This document shows positions 55,042-63,999 of a stretch of DNA of 64,000 nucleotides, piece after piece (the first letter of the stretch is position 1; every line of letters begins with the position of its first letter). Made by a program: the position numbers and the translations under genes. This DNA is from Thermodesulfobacteriota bacterium. GTDB taxonomy: Bacteria; Desulfobacterota_D; UBA1144; Nemesobacterales; UBA2774. The stretch is taken from positions 1,536,001-1,600,000 of the forward strand of contig OZ244197.1 of assembly GCA_965216785.1 (NCBI GenBank). The letters are read 5' to 3'. Under the pieces are notes generated by a model. It ran no database searches. It was given only the letters and a program-made list of their open reading frames with translations, and had not been told where the DNA came from.

Positions 55042-55647
55042 TCAGTCCAGGGATTCCCCCAACTGATATCTTGTGAACCTTCTGATCTGGATATTCTCTC
55101 CGATCTTGGCTATCAATGCCTGAAGCAAATCGTCCATCTTTACTTTGGAATCTCTGATGTGAGTTTGGTTTAGGAGACAAACTTCCTCGTAGAATTTCTC
55201 AATCTTACCCTGGACAATCTTGTCTGCTATGTCCTCGGGCTTGCCCGATTCGATTACCTGTGCTTTCATTACTTCCTTTTCTTTCTCAAGCTCGTCCTCA
55301 GGTATGTCTTCCTGACTTATGTATCTTGGGTTTGCCGCAGCAATCTGCATTGCCACTTCTTTGGCAAATGCCTGAAACTCCTCGTTTCTGGCTACAAAAT
55401 CGGTTTCGCAGTTTACTTCTACCATAACTCCTATCTTGCCGCCGGCGTGTATATATGAAGTTATTGTGCCTTCGGGGGTCTCTCTCCCGACTTTTTTCGA
55501 AGCTTTTGCTACTCCCTTAATTTTGAGAATATCAATTGCCTTTTCGTAATCTCCCTCGACTTCTTCGAGGGCTTTTTTACAATCGATAAAGGGCGCTCCT
55601 GTTCTGTCCCTTATATCTTTTACCATCTGTGCCGTAATATCAGCCAT
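55042..55647 (-). CDS. tsf: Elongation factor Ts (short form)
   Basis: DCKKAL, EVNCETDFVA and IGENIQIRRF motifs. Confidence 0.97.
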   Translation of the reverse strand: MADITAQMVKDIRDRTGAPFIDCKKALEEVEGDYEKAIDILKIKGVAKASKKVGRETPEGTITSYIHAGGKIGVMVEVNCETDFVARNEEFQAFAKEVAMQIAAANPRYISQEDIPEDELEKEKEVMKAQVIESGKPEDIADKIVQGKIEKFYEEVCLLNQTHIRDSKVKMDDLLQALIAKIGENIQIRRFTRYQLGESLD

Positions 55648-55654
55648 TTGTTAA

Positions 55655-56324
55655 TTAATCCTCCTTAGTATCTTCCGGTTCTGTATTTGTCTCAGTGGCT
55701 TCGCTGGACGTTTCCGCGCTCTCAGAGGTTGTAGCTGCAGCCTCTTGTTCGGTCGCTGCGCTAGTCTGGGTCTCTGAAGCGGATTCCTCAGCTGCTGTCT
55801 GGTTGTCCTGGGCGCTCGTGAAAGCGGATGCGGCCTGAGCCTCACCGGGAGAGCTTTCGGATACCGCTACCGACTCAGCACCTTCTTTCTCGCCTTCTTC
55901 GCCAAAGTCCTTAAACACAAATACCTTTCTCTCTACGACTACCTGAGACTTGTCTTCTTCTTTAACTTCCACTTCTCCTGACTGGAGCTTCTCCTCGTAT
56001 ATGTGCTTGCCTTCAATACAGGCTTCAGCGATTTTTGACGTAAAGAGGGCTTCTTCGGCTATAATGCCCTGGGCCTGTTTTTTTGTTCCGACAAAAAGAA
56101 TATCTCCACCGTTGGCTACAACATCTCTTGCATAGTCATATGATCTTTTGAATAGGCCTACAGTCTGTTGAAGATCTATAATATGTATGCCGTTTCTGCT
56201 CCCGAATATGAAGTCTTTCATCTTCGGGTTCCAGTGGCTTATCTGATGTCCGAAATGAACTCCTGCCTCCAGGAGCTGCTTCATACTTATTACATCGCCT
56301 GCTTGCTCGTGTTTCCTGTGCCAT
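55655..56324 (-). pseudogene. rpsB: 30S ribosomal protein S2 with a large in-frame internal deletion and a frameshifted 5' leader (pseudogene or assembly defect)
   Basis: [10 protein letters not shown]...FVGTKKQA joined directly to LFTSKIA; RWLGG, DTN and GNDD motifs absent. The ATG at 56324, which carries the GGAGG RBS, is out of frame with the 56284 ORF. Confidence 0.8.
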
Positions 56325-56508
56325 TAAATAATGCCTCCTGTATTGTTCATAAATCTAACTTGTTTTATCTGCAATTCCTCTTGGGGTAAACAAACTTATA
56401 TAACATATTGCCGGGCTCTTATCAAGTTTTTAAGGGAATGGGTTTTGTTAAAAACTCGGATTAATGCTATGTTTTATGCTCTTACATTATAACGGGAAAG
56501 GAAGCGTT

Positions 56509-57399
56509 GTGAAAGAAAGAAAGTACTTGTTTATCGTTAACCCCAAAGCCGGGAAGGGTCAAACAAAAAAATTAGTTCCTTTGTTGGAAAGAAATGGGGC
56601 TAAGCTAGGCATAGAATGTAAGTTCGTTTACACCTCCGCAAAAGGTGACGGAGAGGCAATTGCCAGAGGTGCCCGGGCCGATGGGTTTACACACGTAGTA
56701 GGTCTTGGCGGAGACGGGACGTCCCATGAAATCGTAAACGGGCTTATGGGTGATGACATCATTTTTGGTACAATACCCTCAGGAAGCGGTAATGATTTTC
56801 CGCAGGCCGCGGGAATCCCGAATGAGCCTGAACGAGCGGTACAGACTGTTTTTAACGGAAGCGTGAGAAATGTAGACGTGGGAAAGCTCGGGGGCAGATA
56901 TTTTATTAACGGACTGGGGATTGGGCTTGATGGAGCAGTAGCCAACCGCTTTAAGAGTTTCAGAATATTGGGGGGTCAGGCGGCATATCTCATTTCCTCT
57001 GTAATCGAAGCGCTCACATTCAGAGGTTTTAACGCAGAGCTGAGCATCGGCGAATGGAGCTTTAGCGGAAAGCTCTTGCTCACAGGGGCTTCAAACGGAC
57101 ATTCGCAGGGGGGTTTTAAGCTTGCCCCGGATGCCAAGGTGGATAACGGGAAACTCGATTTTCACATTATCAGGGATATGGAGCCGTTTTCCCGTCTTGT
57201 GAAAATTCCAAAAGTTCTTAAAGGGCATTACAGAGAAATAGAGGAAATGGATATAATGAGTGATAGATTCATGGAAATCACAATCTTTGATCAAGTACCC
57301 GCGCATATGGACGGACAGTCTTTTTATCTGGTGCCTGGTACCCACCGGATCGAGGTTGTCTCCGGCGCGCTGAAAGTAATGTCACTTGGTGATACGTAA
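56509..57399 (+). CDS. Diacylglycerol kinase family lipid kinase (YegS/DgkB-like)
   Basis: VNPKAGKG, GGDGT, PSGSGNDF and HMDGQ motifs. Confidence 0.9.
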   Translation: MKERKYLFIVNPKAGKGQTKKLVPLLERNGAKLGIECKFVYTSAKGDGEAIARGARADGFTHVVGLGGDGTSHEIVNGLMGDDIIFGTIPSGSGNDFPQAAGIPNEPERAVQTVFNGSVRNVDVGKLGGRYFINGLGIGLDGAVANRFKSFRILGGQAAYLISSVIEALTFRGFNAELSIGEWSFSGKLLLTGASNGHSQGGFKLAPDAKVDNGKLDFHIIRDMEPFSRLVKIPKVLKGHYREIEEMDIMSDRFMEITIFDQVPAHMDGQSFYLVPGTHRIEVVSGALKVMSLGDT

Positions 57400-57400
57400 T

Positions 57401-57541
57401 ATGGGGACAGAGGCGAGCGCTTCACAGCGATGCCCGCAGGAATAAATTATGGGGACAGAGGCGAGCGCTTCACAGCGATGCCCGCAGGAATAAATTATGG
57501 GGACAGAGGCGAGCGCTTCACAGCGATGCCCGCAGGAATAA
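57401..57541 (+). repeat. Perfect tandem repeat with a 48-bp unit, about 3 copies
   Basis: ATGGGGACAGAGGCGAGCGCTTCACAGCGATGCCCGCAGGAATAAATT starting at 57401, 57449 and 57497 (third copy is 45 bp). Confidence 0.97.
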
Positions 57542-57557
57542 TATAAAGGAATAAAAA

Positions 57558-58274
57558 ATGCTAAGATTCATTTATGGCTGGTTTGTTTTTATATTGCTAA
57601 CGACTTTATTTGGCATCTACGGCCTGGTGCTGGCGTTAGTCGCGCCAAATGTCGTTTCGCGCTACGCCGTTAAACCGTGGGCTAGTACTTTATTGTTTTC
57701 TCTAGGTGTGAAGGTCGTTGTTAAGGGATATGAAAATATCCCGCAAGAGCCGTGCGTTTTTATGTATAACCATCAGAGTATCTTCGATGTATTCGCTTAT
57801 ATGTCCGTATTACCCATTGAGTGGAAATCTATTATGAAAAGAAAAGTTGGGAAAATGCCCTTTATCGGCTGGGTTGCCTTAATTTCCGGACATCACGTTG
57901 TATCGAGGGACGGATCGGCCACAGACGCAAACGCGGTTAGGAGAGTAGTACGGAATATTAAAAACGGCCCGTCGGTGGTCGTGGCCCCGGAGGGTACCAG
58001 GAGTCCGGACGGCAAGCTTTTGGATTTTCAGGAAGGCGGGTTCTTGATTGCAATGATGGCTAAGGTCCCGGTTGTTACAATGGTTATAGAGGGGGGGCTT
58101 GAAAGACGCTCCAAGGTCTCAAGGGCTTTTATGCCCGGGACGATGAGAATGACTATATTCCCGAAAATAGACGTCACAAAGCTGCCAAAGGGTAAGGAAG
58201 GCCGTGAAGAGCTTATAAAAATTGTTAAATCACAGATGGAAGGTGTGCTGAATAAAAAAGAAAGAGAGGAGTGA
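57558..58274 (+). CDS. 1-acyl-sn-glycerol-3-phosphate acyltransferase (PlsC-like), copy 1
   Basis: NHQSIFD and PEGTRS motifs. Confidence 0.92.
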   Translation: MLRFIYGWFVFILLTTLFGIYGLVLALVAPNVVSRYAVKPWASTLLFSLGVKVVVKGYENIPQEPCVFMYNHQSIFDVFAYMSVLPIEWKSIMKRKVGKMPFIGWVALISGHHVVSRDGSATDANAVRRVVRNIKNGPSVVVAPEGTRSPDGKLLDFQEGGFLIAMMAKVPVVTMVIEGGLERRSKVSRAFMPGTMRMTIFPKIDVTKLPKGKEGREELIKIVKSQMEGVLNKKEREE

Positions 58275-58407
58275 ACCCTGCTTTAACAAGATGTCATCCC
58301 AAGTGTATGAAGAGGCCCTTTACCTGGTGCTAAAGGGTGATAAGATAAGAGGCTTGCCCGGGCTTGAAGTAAAGTATCTTCAGAATAAATAATATCGGTA
58401 TAACTAT

Positions 58408-59130
58408 ATGTTTAATTTTGTCTACAGCTGGATTGTCATTCTAATTCTAACCGTGATCTTCGGCACATACGGTGTTGTGTTGTCGCTGATCGCTCCTAAT
58501 ATTTTAACAAAGCACGTATTTAGACCGTGGGCTAAAATGATACTTTTCGCAACAGGGGTAAAGGTGGAGGTAAGCGGGTATGAAAATATTCCAAGGGTGC
58601 CTTGTATTTTTATGTACAACCATCAGAGTGTATACGATGTGTTTTCGTATATGTCGGTGCTTCCGGTTGAGTGGAAGGCTATAATGAAAAAGGAAGTCGC
58701 CAGAATACCGTTTATCGGGTGGATTGCTTTACTTTCAGGGCATTATTTGGTTTCGAGGGATGGGTCGGCCAAAGATGCGAATGAAGTTAGAAAGATAGTT
58801 AGAAAGATTAAAAACGGACCGCCCGTGGTGCTGGCTCCTGAGGGTACCAGGAGCCCTGACGGAAAACTGCTGCCCTTTCAGGAAGGCGGGTTTCTGATAG
58901 CTATGATGGCGCAGGTTCCTGTGGTTACTATGGTGATGCAGGGCGGGCTGGAGAGGCGCTCCAAGGTCTCTAGAGCATTTGTGCCCGGAACAATGAAAGT
59001 TACTATATTCCCCCCAATTGATGTAACAAAGCTGCCAAAGGGTAAGGAAGGCCGCGAAGAGCTGATAAGAATTGTGAAGTCGCAGATGGAAGAGGTGCTG
59101 AATAAGGGTGAAAGTAAAGGCACCGTTTAA
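58408..59130 (+). CDS. 1-acyl-sn-glycerol-3-phosphate acyltransferase (PlsC-like), copy 2
   Basis: NHQSVYD and PEGTRS motifs; collinear paralog of copy 1. Confidence 0.92.
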   Translation: MFNFVYSWIVILILTVIFGTYGVVLSLIAPNILTKHVFRPWAKMILFATGVKVEVSGYENIPRVPCIFMYNHQSVYDVFSYMSVLPVEWKAIMKKEVARIPFIGWIALLSGHYLVSRDGSAKDANEVRKIVRKIKNGPPVVLAPEGTRSPDGKLLPFQEGGFLIAMMAQVPVVTMVMQGGLERRSKVSRAFVPGTMKVTIFPPIDVTKLPKGKEGREELIRIVKSQMEEVLNKGESKGTV

Positions 59131-59376
59131 TATGTCTATTCTCAGTACGATTAATAGTACGGTGGTCTGAATACAGATTGCCCACTCCCCGCTAGTGCTT
59201 ATATTTGAGTAACTTCCCTAAGTAGTCTATAATTGATTGGTTATCAGTCGGATATTGGAAGAGTGATTAACATACTGCTTGCACTAATTAAATTACGACG
59301 AGTCTTTAAGGTAAATAATTGAGTCATAATAGTTATACCCATAAGGGTCGTGAGATATGCGGAGGTTTAGTAATAT

Positions 59377-61068
59377 ATGGATAGTGGAAGGTTTGCAGAC
59401 CTTGAGCTAAAAACAATAATAACATTAACCGGAATGCCGGACCAGAAGGATTTCGTAAATCCGAGGGACCCAAAGGAAATGGCCAGGAAAGTGCGCGTAA
59501 CTTTCAGGCCGTTGCCCAGGAATTACAATAATCATATAGTAATGGGGTTTAGAGACAAGCTCAGAGACAAATTGAGCGAGCACGGAGTTGATGTTGTTCC
59601 CTGGGAGGAAGCTGCGGATGTGACGGACGGTTTTATCTCTAAGATGCTTAAGATGAGGAAGGTAAAAAGGAGCATCCATGCCGTGATTGACGTAAAAAGG
59701 GATTATTCTCTTGCGCGCAAGTTTTTTAGCGGAATTGCTGAGAAAATTTACGGCTATACCAGAAATCCCGACCGCTCGGTAATGGAAATACTGAAAGTAA
59801 GCGGTTGGGCTGATGATTTCACCGCAAGATACGTGCAGGATCCCTTCAATACCCAGATAATCACACTTATGCCTCTTGAGCCCGAGTTTGCGGATGAAGA
59901 AGTGAGCTATGACAAGAAGATCGCGATTGGGCTTAGAAACCTTATAGCAACGATGTCTGAAATAGTAATGGGCATTGCGCCCGACAGATTTTCGCTTGTT
60001 AATATGAATCTGTCGGATTCAATATTCATGAACGAAGAGCTCGACCTTTTTGTGTTAAATTCACTTATACCTAAGATTTACGCGCCAATTAAACCCCCTA
60101 TACTCGGCAGGTTTAAAAAGGGTGAGTTCGATCCGTCAAAGTCGGTATTTGCAAAACAGCTTGCGGACTTGGGTAAACAGGTAAAAGAGACCTCTCTTTT
60201 CCCTGAAGGTTCAAAGTTCAGCGACAAAATCTCAAGGCAATCGCACCGTGACGTTGTGGATAAAGTGATGGAAGGCAGAACAGGCGTGTCTTACGGTTTT
60301 ATTGCCATAGCGGAAGCGCCAAAGTACGAAGGGCAGGTTACTATAAGAAAGTCCACATGGGACAAGCTAAAGCCGGTCGAGAGTCTGGACGATGATATGG
60401 TCAGACAGAACTCAAAGGGCAGGTGGTATGTGAAGTCAAACATACGCGGAAAGGATATTTACCAGCAGGTACCGGATATTTGGATCGCCACTTCACGCTC
60501 TGGCAGTAATAAAACTAATCTTGACCCGTTGAGTGACGTTGTAAGGATAGGGCTTATAAAAGGAAAACTGTATTTAGAGACACCAAAAGATGTAGATTTG
60601 CATAGAAAGGACATAAGGCCTTCTTTTGATACATATGTAATACTGGCACAGGCAATGGCGTCGGCACTCTATACTCCAGAGCTTATTAAAGACGGGCTGC
60701 CGATACTCCATTTTCACGGATACCCTGATCCGCACTGGTTTGGAAAGAGTGAGTACTATGCGGGAGCGCGTAACCCTTCGCTTCCTTGCGGCACTGTTGA
60801 GGCAGCGCTTCTCAATTATTCAGCTATATACGAGCTCGCAAACCGAAACGGTAAGAGTATGAAGATGCTCTGTCTGGTTGAATCCGATCATGGTGTGAAC
60901 ATCATGGGTCTTGACAGAGACTATCTGGTGTCGAGGTTGAGTGATGGAGTGGACAAAGGCCATGTTATGCTGGGCGGAAAGTATCTGCCGGAGCTTAAGA
61001 AAGACGCGCTTTCATCTGAGAAGAAGCAAAAGCCCGGGAGTGTTGAGAAAAAGAGTGCTGCTAATTGA
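59377..61068 (+). CDS. Uncharacterised protein with a divergent class II aldolase/adducin-like C-terminal domain
   Basis: GGAGG RBS; SRSGSNK, RPSFD, LHFHG, PCGT and SDHG motifs in aldolase II order. Confidence 0.6.
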   Translation: MDSGRFADLELKTIITLTGMPDQKDFVNPRDPKEMARKVRVTFRPLPRNYNNHIVMGFRDKLRDKLSEHGVDVVPWEEAADVTDGFISKMLKMRKVKRSIHAVIDVKRDYSLARKFFSGIAEKIYGYTRNPDRSVMEILKVSGWADDFTARYVQDPFNTQIITLMPLEPEFADEEVSYDKKIAIGLRNLIATMSEIVMGIAPDRFSLVNMNLSDSIFMNEELDLFVLNSLIPKIYAPIKPPILGRFKKGEFDPSKSVFAKQLADLGKQVKETSLFPEGSKFSDKISRQSHRDVVDKVMEGRTGVSYGFIAIAEAPKYEGQVTIRKSTWDKLKPVESLDDDMVRQNSKGRWYVKSNIRGKDIYQQVPDIWIATSRSGSNKTNLDPLSDVVRIGLIKGKLYLETPKDVDLHRKDIRPSFDTYVILAQAMASALYTPELIKDGLPILHFHGYPDPHWFGKSEYYAGARNPSLPCGTVEAALLNYSAIYELANRNGKSMKMLCLVESDHGVNIMGLDRDYLVSRLSDGVDKGHVMLGGKYLPELKKDALSSEKKQKPGSVEKKSAAN

Positions 61069-61177
61069 AGATTTATTACAAATGAGTATTGTAAAGTTTT
61101 AATCTGCTCGGTATATTGATCCCTTGTTAAATTTGCACTAACTAGTTCAATAGCTTGTATAAAATCCGGAAAAACAT

Positions 61178-61777
61178 ATGAATGATAAACCAAAAACCGC
61201 AAAGATATATCTTGGACGACACTGTAAGGCTGACTGGAACCTGGAGCACAGGCTCATAGGCACCACAGACCGTCCGCTTTGCGATGTGGGGCTTGCGGAA
61301 ATCGAAGAGAACAAGCCTTTAATTAAGTCCCTTGGGTTCGACAGGATTGTAACAAGCCCTCTTCAAAGGGCTTACAATACGTCTAAAGCCTATGCCGAGC
61401 ACATCGGTATACCTCTCGAAATCCATGAAGACCTGAGAGAGCTTGACCACGGTGATTGGAACGGGCAGAAATATGATGATCTTCTTTCCGATCCCGAGAG
61501 TGATTTTAAGAAGTGGTTTATTGACGGTGATACATCGATCCCTATACCCAACGGCCCCGAAACCATGGACGAGGTTCAGGAGCGGATAGTAAGAACAATA
61601 AGAGAAATCGCCCTTAAATATCCGGACGAGAGGGTGCTGGTAGTCATGCACAAGCACATTCGCTCTATATTTTCCTGCTATCTTCAGGGGATACCCCTTA
61701 GTAACTTCAGGGCGAATATTAATGAGACGGTGGAGCCGATAGAGCTTGCAGAAGAAGAGCTGACCAAAGTCCTGTAA
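61178..61777 (+). CDS. Histidine phosphatase family protein
   Basis: RHC (RHG variant), SPLQRA, LRELDHGDW and VVMH motifs. Confidence 0.88.
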   Translation: MNDKPKTAKIYLGRHCKADWNLEHRLIGTTDRPLCDVGLAEIEENKPLIKSLGFDRIVTSPLQRAYNTSKAYAEHIGIPLEIHEDLRELDHGDWNGQKYDDLLSDPESDFKKWFIDGDTSIPIPNGPETMDEVQERIVRTIREIALKYPDERVLVVMHKHIRSIFSCYLQGIPLSNFRANINETVEPIELAEEELTKVL

Positions 61778-61815
61778 CTGCAGGATACTAAATACTATTT
61801 AATCAAGAATACAGC

Positions 61816-62886
61816 CTATCTTAAGGGTTTATAAGACTCAAATTTGCTGTCTTGGCCCCACCCTGTAACTGACTTGTAATTCTTCCAGTCATTTCGCTTA
61901 TTCCCTTCCCATATCCATTCTTGGCTTTTAAGTTTCCAAGTATTGTTGTTAACCATATTTTTCGAAGAAGACTTATCAAACACATATAGCCCCGAGACAT
62001 CGGGGAATTCGGAATCGAATGTATTATTCTCTATTAGATTGTTTTGACTGCCGTAAATCCCGATCAAGGTGTGTTCCCGCTCGTTGGTTTCGGGCATGGA
62101 CTTGGATATGAACGTGTTATTTTTTATTACACTGTTGTAAACCCCGTAATATAGCACTATGCCCCAGGAATTGTTTTCAATTCGATTACCATCAACTACT
62201 GTACTCTCAATATGGTTTTGGCATCCCGCGCTGTTCCACTGAATACCCCTGCCCGGGTGGCGAAGAATGTGGTTCCCGCGTATCACGTTAGCATCAAGAT
62301 TGCCGCCGCACTCAAAATTTGAAAGGTATATCCCGTGGCACTGTTTGGGATTGGGCGCTCCCCCTGTGGTGCATTTGTCCGGGCCAAGGCCGTTTCCTTC
62401 TATGACGTTTTGCTCAATCAGGTTGTAGCCTGCGTTTACGATTGTGATGCCGCTAAGATTATTACTATGAATATTGTTATCTCTTATTATATTTTTGAAC
62501 CCGTAAATCTTTACTCCGTCCCAGCCGTTACGAACCTCAAAGCCTTCGAATATTATATAATCCGCATTTATCTCGACTCTTGGGAATTCATCGGGGGAGT
62601 TTGAGAAATCGAGCACCGGTTTGTGTCCCTGATAAGGTTTTACTGTTATGGGATTTACAGGTGTACCGGATGTCCTGAAGTCAAGCTTGCGGTTATAGGT
62701 GCCGTTCTTTACAAGTATAGTCTGGCCTGGCCGGACATTGGAAACAGCCTCATGTATCGTTCTGTAATCCCCGCCTCCGTTTGGGTCTACAATGGTTGTC
62801 AGTAATGAGCCTTGCGAGGCAGCTTGCTGGGCGTACGTTGATATCGCTGATGTAAAAAATAGCATAATAATAAGGATGATCGGCAT
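61816..62886 (-). CDS. Secreted right-handed parallel beta-helix protein
   Basis: Signal peptide; TIHEAV...PGQTILVKNGTY; repeated NxIxxNxI motifs. Confidence 0.85.
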   Translation of the reverse strand: MPIILIIMLFFTSAISTYAQQAASQGSLLTTIVDPNGGGDYRTIHEAVSNVRPGQTILVKNGTYNRKLDFRTSGTPVNPITVKPYQGHKPVLDFSNSPDEFPRVEINADYIIFEGFEVRNGWDGVKIYGFKNIIRDNNIHSNNLSGITIVNAGYNLIEQNVIEGNGLGPDKCTTGGAPNPKQCHGIYLSNFECGGNLDANVIRGNHILRHPGRGIQWNSAGCQNHIESTVVDGNRIENNSWGIVLYYGVYNSVIKNNTFISKSMPETNEREHTLIGIYGSQNNLIENNTFDSEFPDVSGLYVFDKSSSKNMVNNNTWKLKSQEWIWEGNKRNDWKNYKSVTGWGQDSKFESYKPLR

Positions 62887-62984
62887 GGGTTTAAATATAA
62901 CTGCTATTTACTTTTGTGCGCTAAAGTCCTATTCCCACTACACTTTCAAAAACCAATAGGTATAATAGAACTCTCACCTAGAAC

Positions 62985-63060
62985 GGAGGGCTGGCAGAAC
63001 GGCTAATGCACCGGTCTTGAAAACCTAACTGAGCCCGAAAGTAGCGTTAAAGTCCGAATA
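62985..63060 (+). pseudogene. tRNA-Ser(TGA) fragment: intact 5' 41 nt, decayed 3' part (probable att site)
   Basis: GGAGGGC-TG-GCAGAACGGCTAATGC-A-CCGGT-CTTGAAA-ACC, after which pairing fails; no complementary acceptor strand follows. Confidence 0.85.
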
Positions 63061-63161
63061 ACTCTAGTTAATAAATCGCCTTATTTTACAGTAGTATTCT
63101 AAGTTCTAAGATTAAAATACTGTTTTGCTCTATAACGCTGTTTAACGGACAATATTATCTC

Positions 63162-63185
63162 AATCGCTACCAAAATCGCTACCAA
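63162..63185 (+). repeat. 12-bp tandem direct repeat (arm-type integrase site-like)
   Basis: AATCGCTACCAA AATCGCTACCAA. Confidence 0.75.
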
Positions 63186-63249
63186 TGAGCATTCATGGTA
63201 TCTCTCGCTTATTCTTGTTTAATTATATGTTTTTTGGTATATAAGAATA

Positions 63250-63774
63250 ATGGAACAACTATTCTGGTTAATTCTTGGTTTTGTACTAGCCATTTTATGG
63301 GAAAAATATAAAGAGTGGAAACACTTTAAACATAATTTAATGATGTTATATGAAGAGATAGGAGATGCATTATTAAGTTTAGAGAGAAAATATGATGAAT
63401 TGTCTGGAGAACTTAAAAAAGTAGTTACAGCAGCTCAAGAAGGAGGCATTTCGGAAATAGGAATGGAGAACTTGAGTGGAGAACCGGTTTTTGAATTAAT
63501 GATGCCTATGAACACCTCTGCATGGGAAACATTTCTCGCTAATGGTTATCTGGGTAAATTAGATAATCAAGATGCAGAAGTAGTAAAAGAGGCATATGAT
63601 ACTTTAAAAGGAAGTGATTTTATAAAAGGATTAGTGCCAAGCCTTATAGCAGCATCTATTAGCCCAGCATTTAGTGCTAAGACACGGAATTACATGCTAC
63701 AGACTTCTAGAGTTGCTCCTTTATATCCAGTGACTTTCGCTTTACCAAAATTAAAGAAAGCATCAGAAAACTAG
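63250..63774 (+). CDS. AT-rich hypothetical protein with an N-terminal TM helix
   Basis: 174-aa ORF, markedly more AT-rich than the flanking host genes. Confidence 0.65.
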   Translation: MEQLFWLILGFVLAILWEKYKEWKHFKHNLMMLYEEIGDALLSLERKYDELSGELKKVVTAAQEGGISEIGMENLSGEPVFELMMPMNTSAWETFLANGYLGKLDNQDAEVVKEAYDTLKGSDFIKGLVPSLIAASISPAFSAKTRNYMLQTSRVAPLYPVTFALPKLKKASEN

Positions 63775-63822
63775 AAATTTTAATCAAGAAGGATATGTTC
63801 TCATCTTTTTGGCATTTCTTAT

Positions 63823-63999
63823 CTAATTAAAATTATTCTCGAACAACTCGCCCGCTTCCGGCTCATCTCCCGGATCTCTATCTCTTGGGGGTGGAGGCGC
63901 ACTCTCCCCCGCATTTTCTGATTCTTCTGGTATCTGTTCCACCAGATGCATGAACTGGATTATGGGCTGATTCTGCTCCCGTGGGTCTCGGTAATCTGT
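63823..63999 (-). CDS. 3' end of an unknown ORF entering from the window edge
   Basis: Open frame TDYRDPREQNQPIIQFMHLVEQIPEESENAGESAPPPPRDRDPGDEPEAGELFENNFN*. Confidence 0.5.
   Translation of the reverse strand, partial: TDYRDPREQNQPIIQFMHLVEQIPEESENAGESAPPPPRDRDPGDEPEAGELFENNFN

Noticed and set aside
56136-56324. 62-aa ORF overlapping rpsB as an independent gene
   Set aside because: It is better explained as the true rpsB start running out of frame; it carries the GGAGG RBS.
57401-57541. CRISPR array
   Set aside because: The units are contiguous and identical with no unique spacers, and there are no cas genes in the window.
62985-63100. Functional tRNA-Ser or tRNA with a group I intron
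   Set aside because: There is no 3' acceptor strand complementary to GGAGGGC, the break lies in the 3' anticodon stem rather than after a loop U, and no intron core is recognisable.
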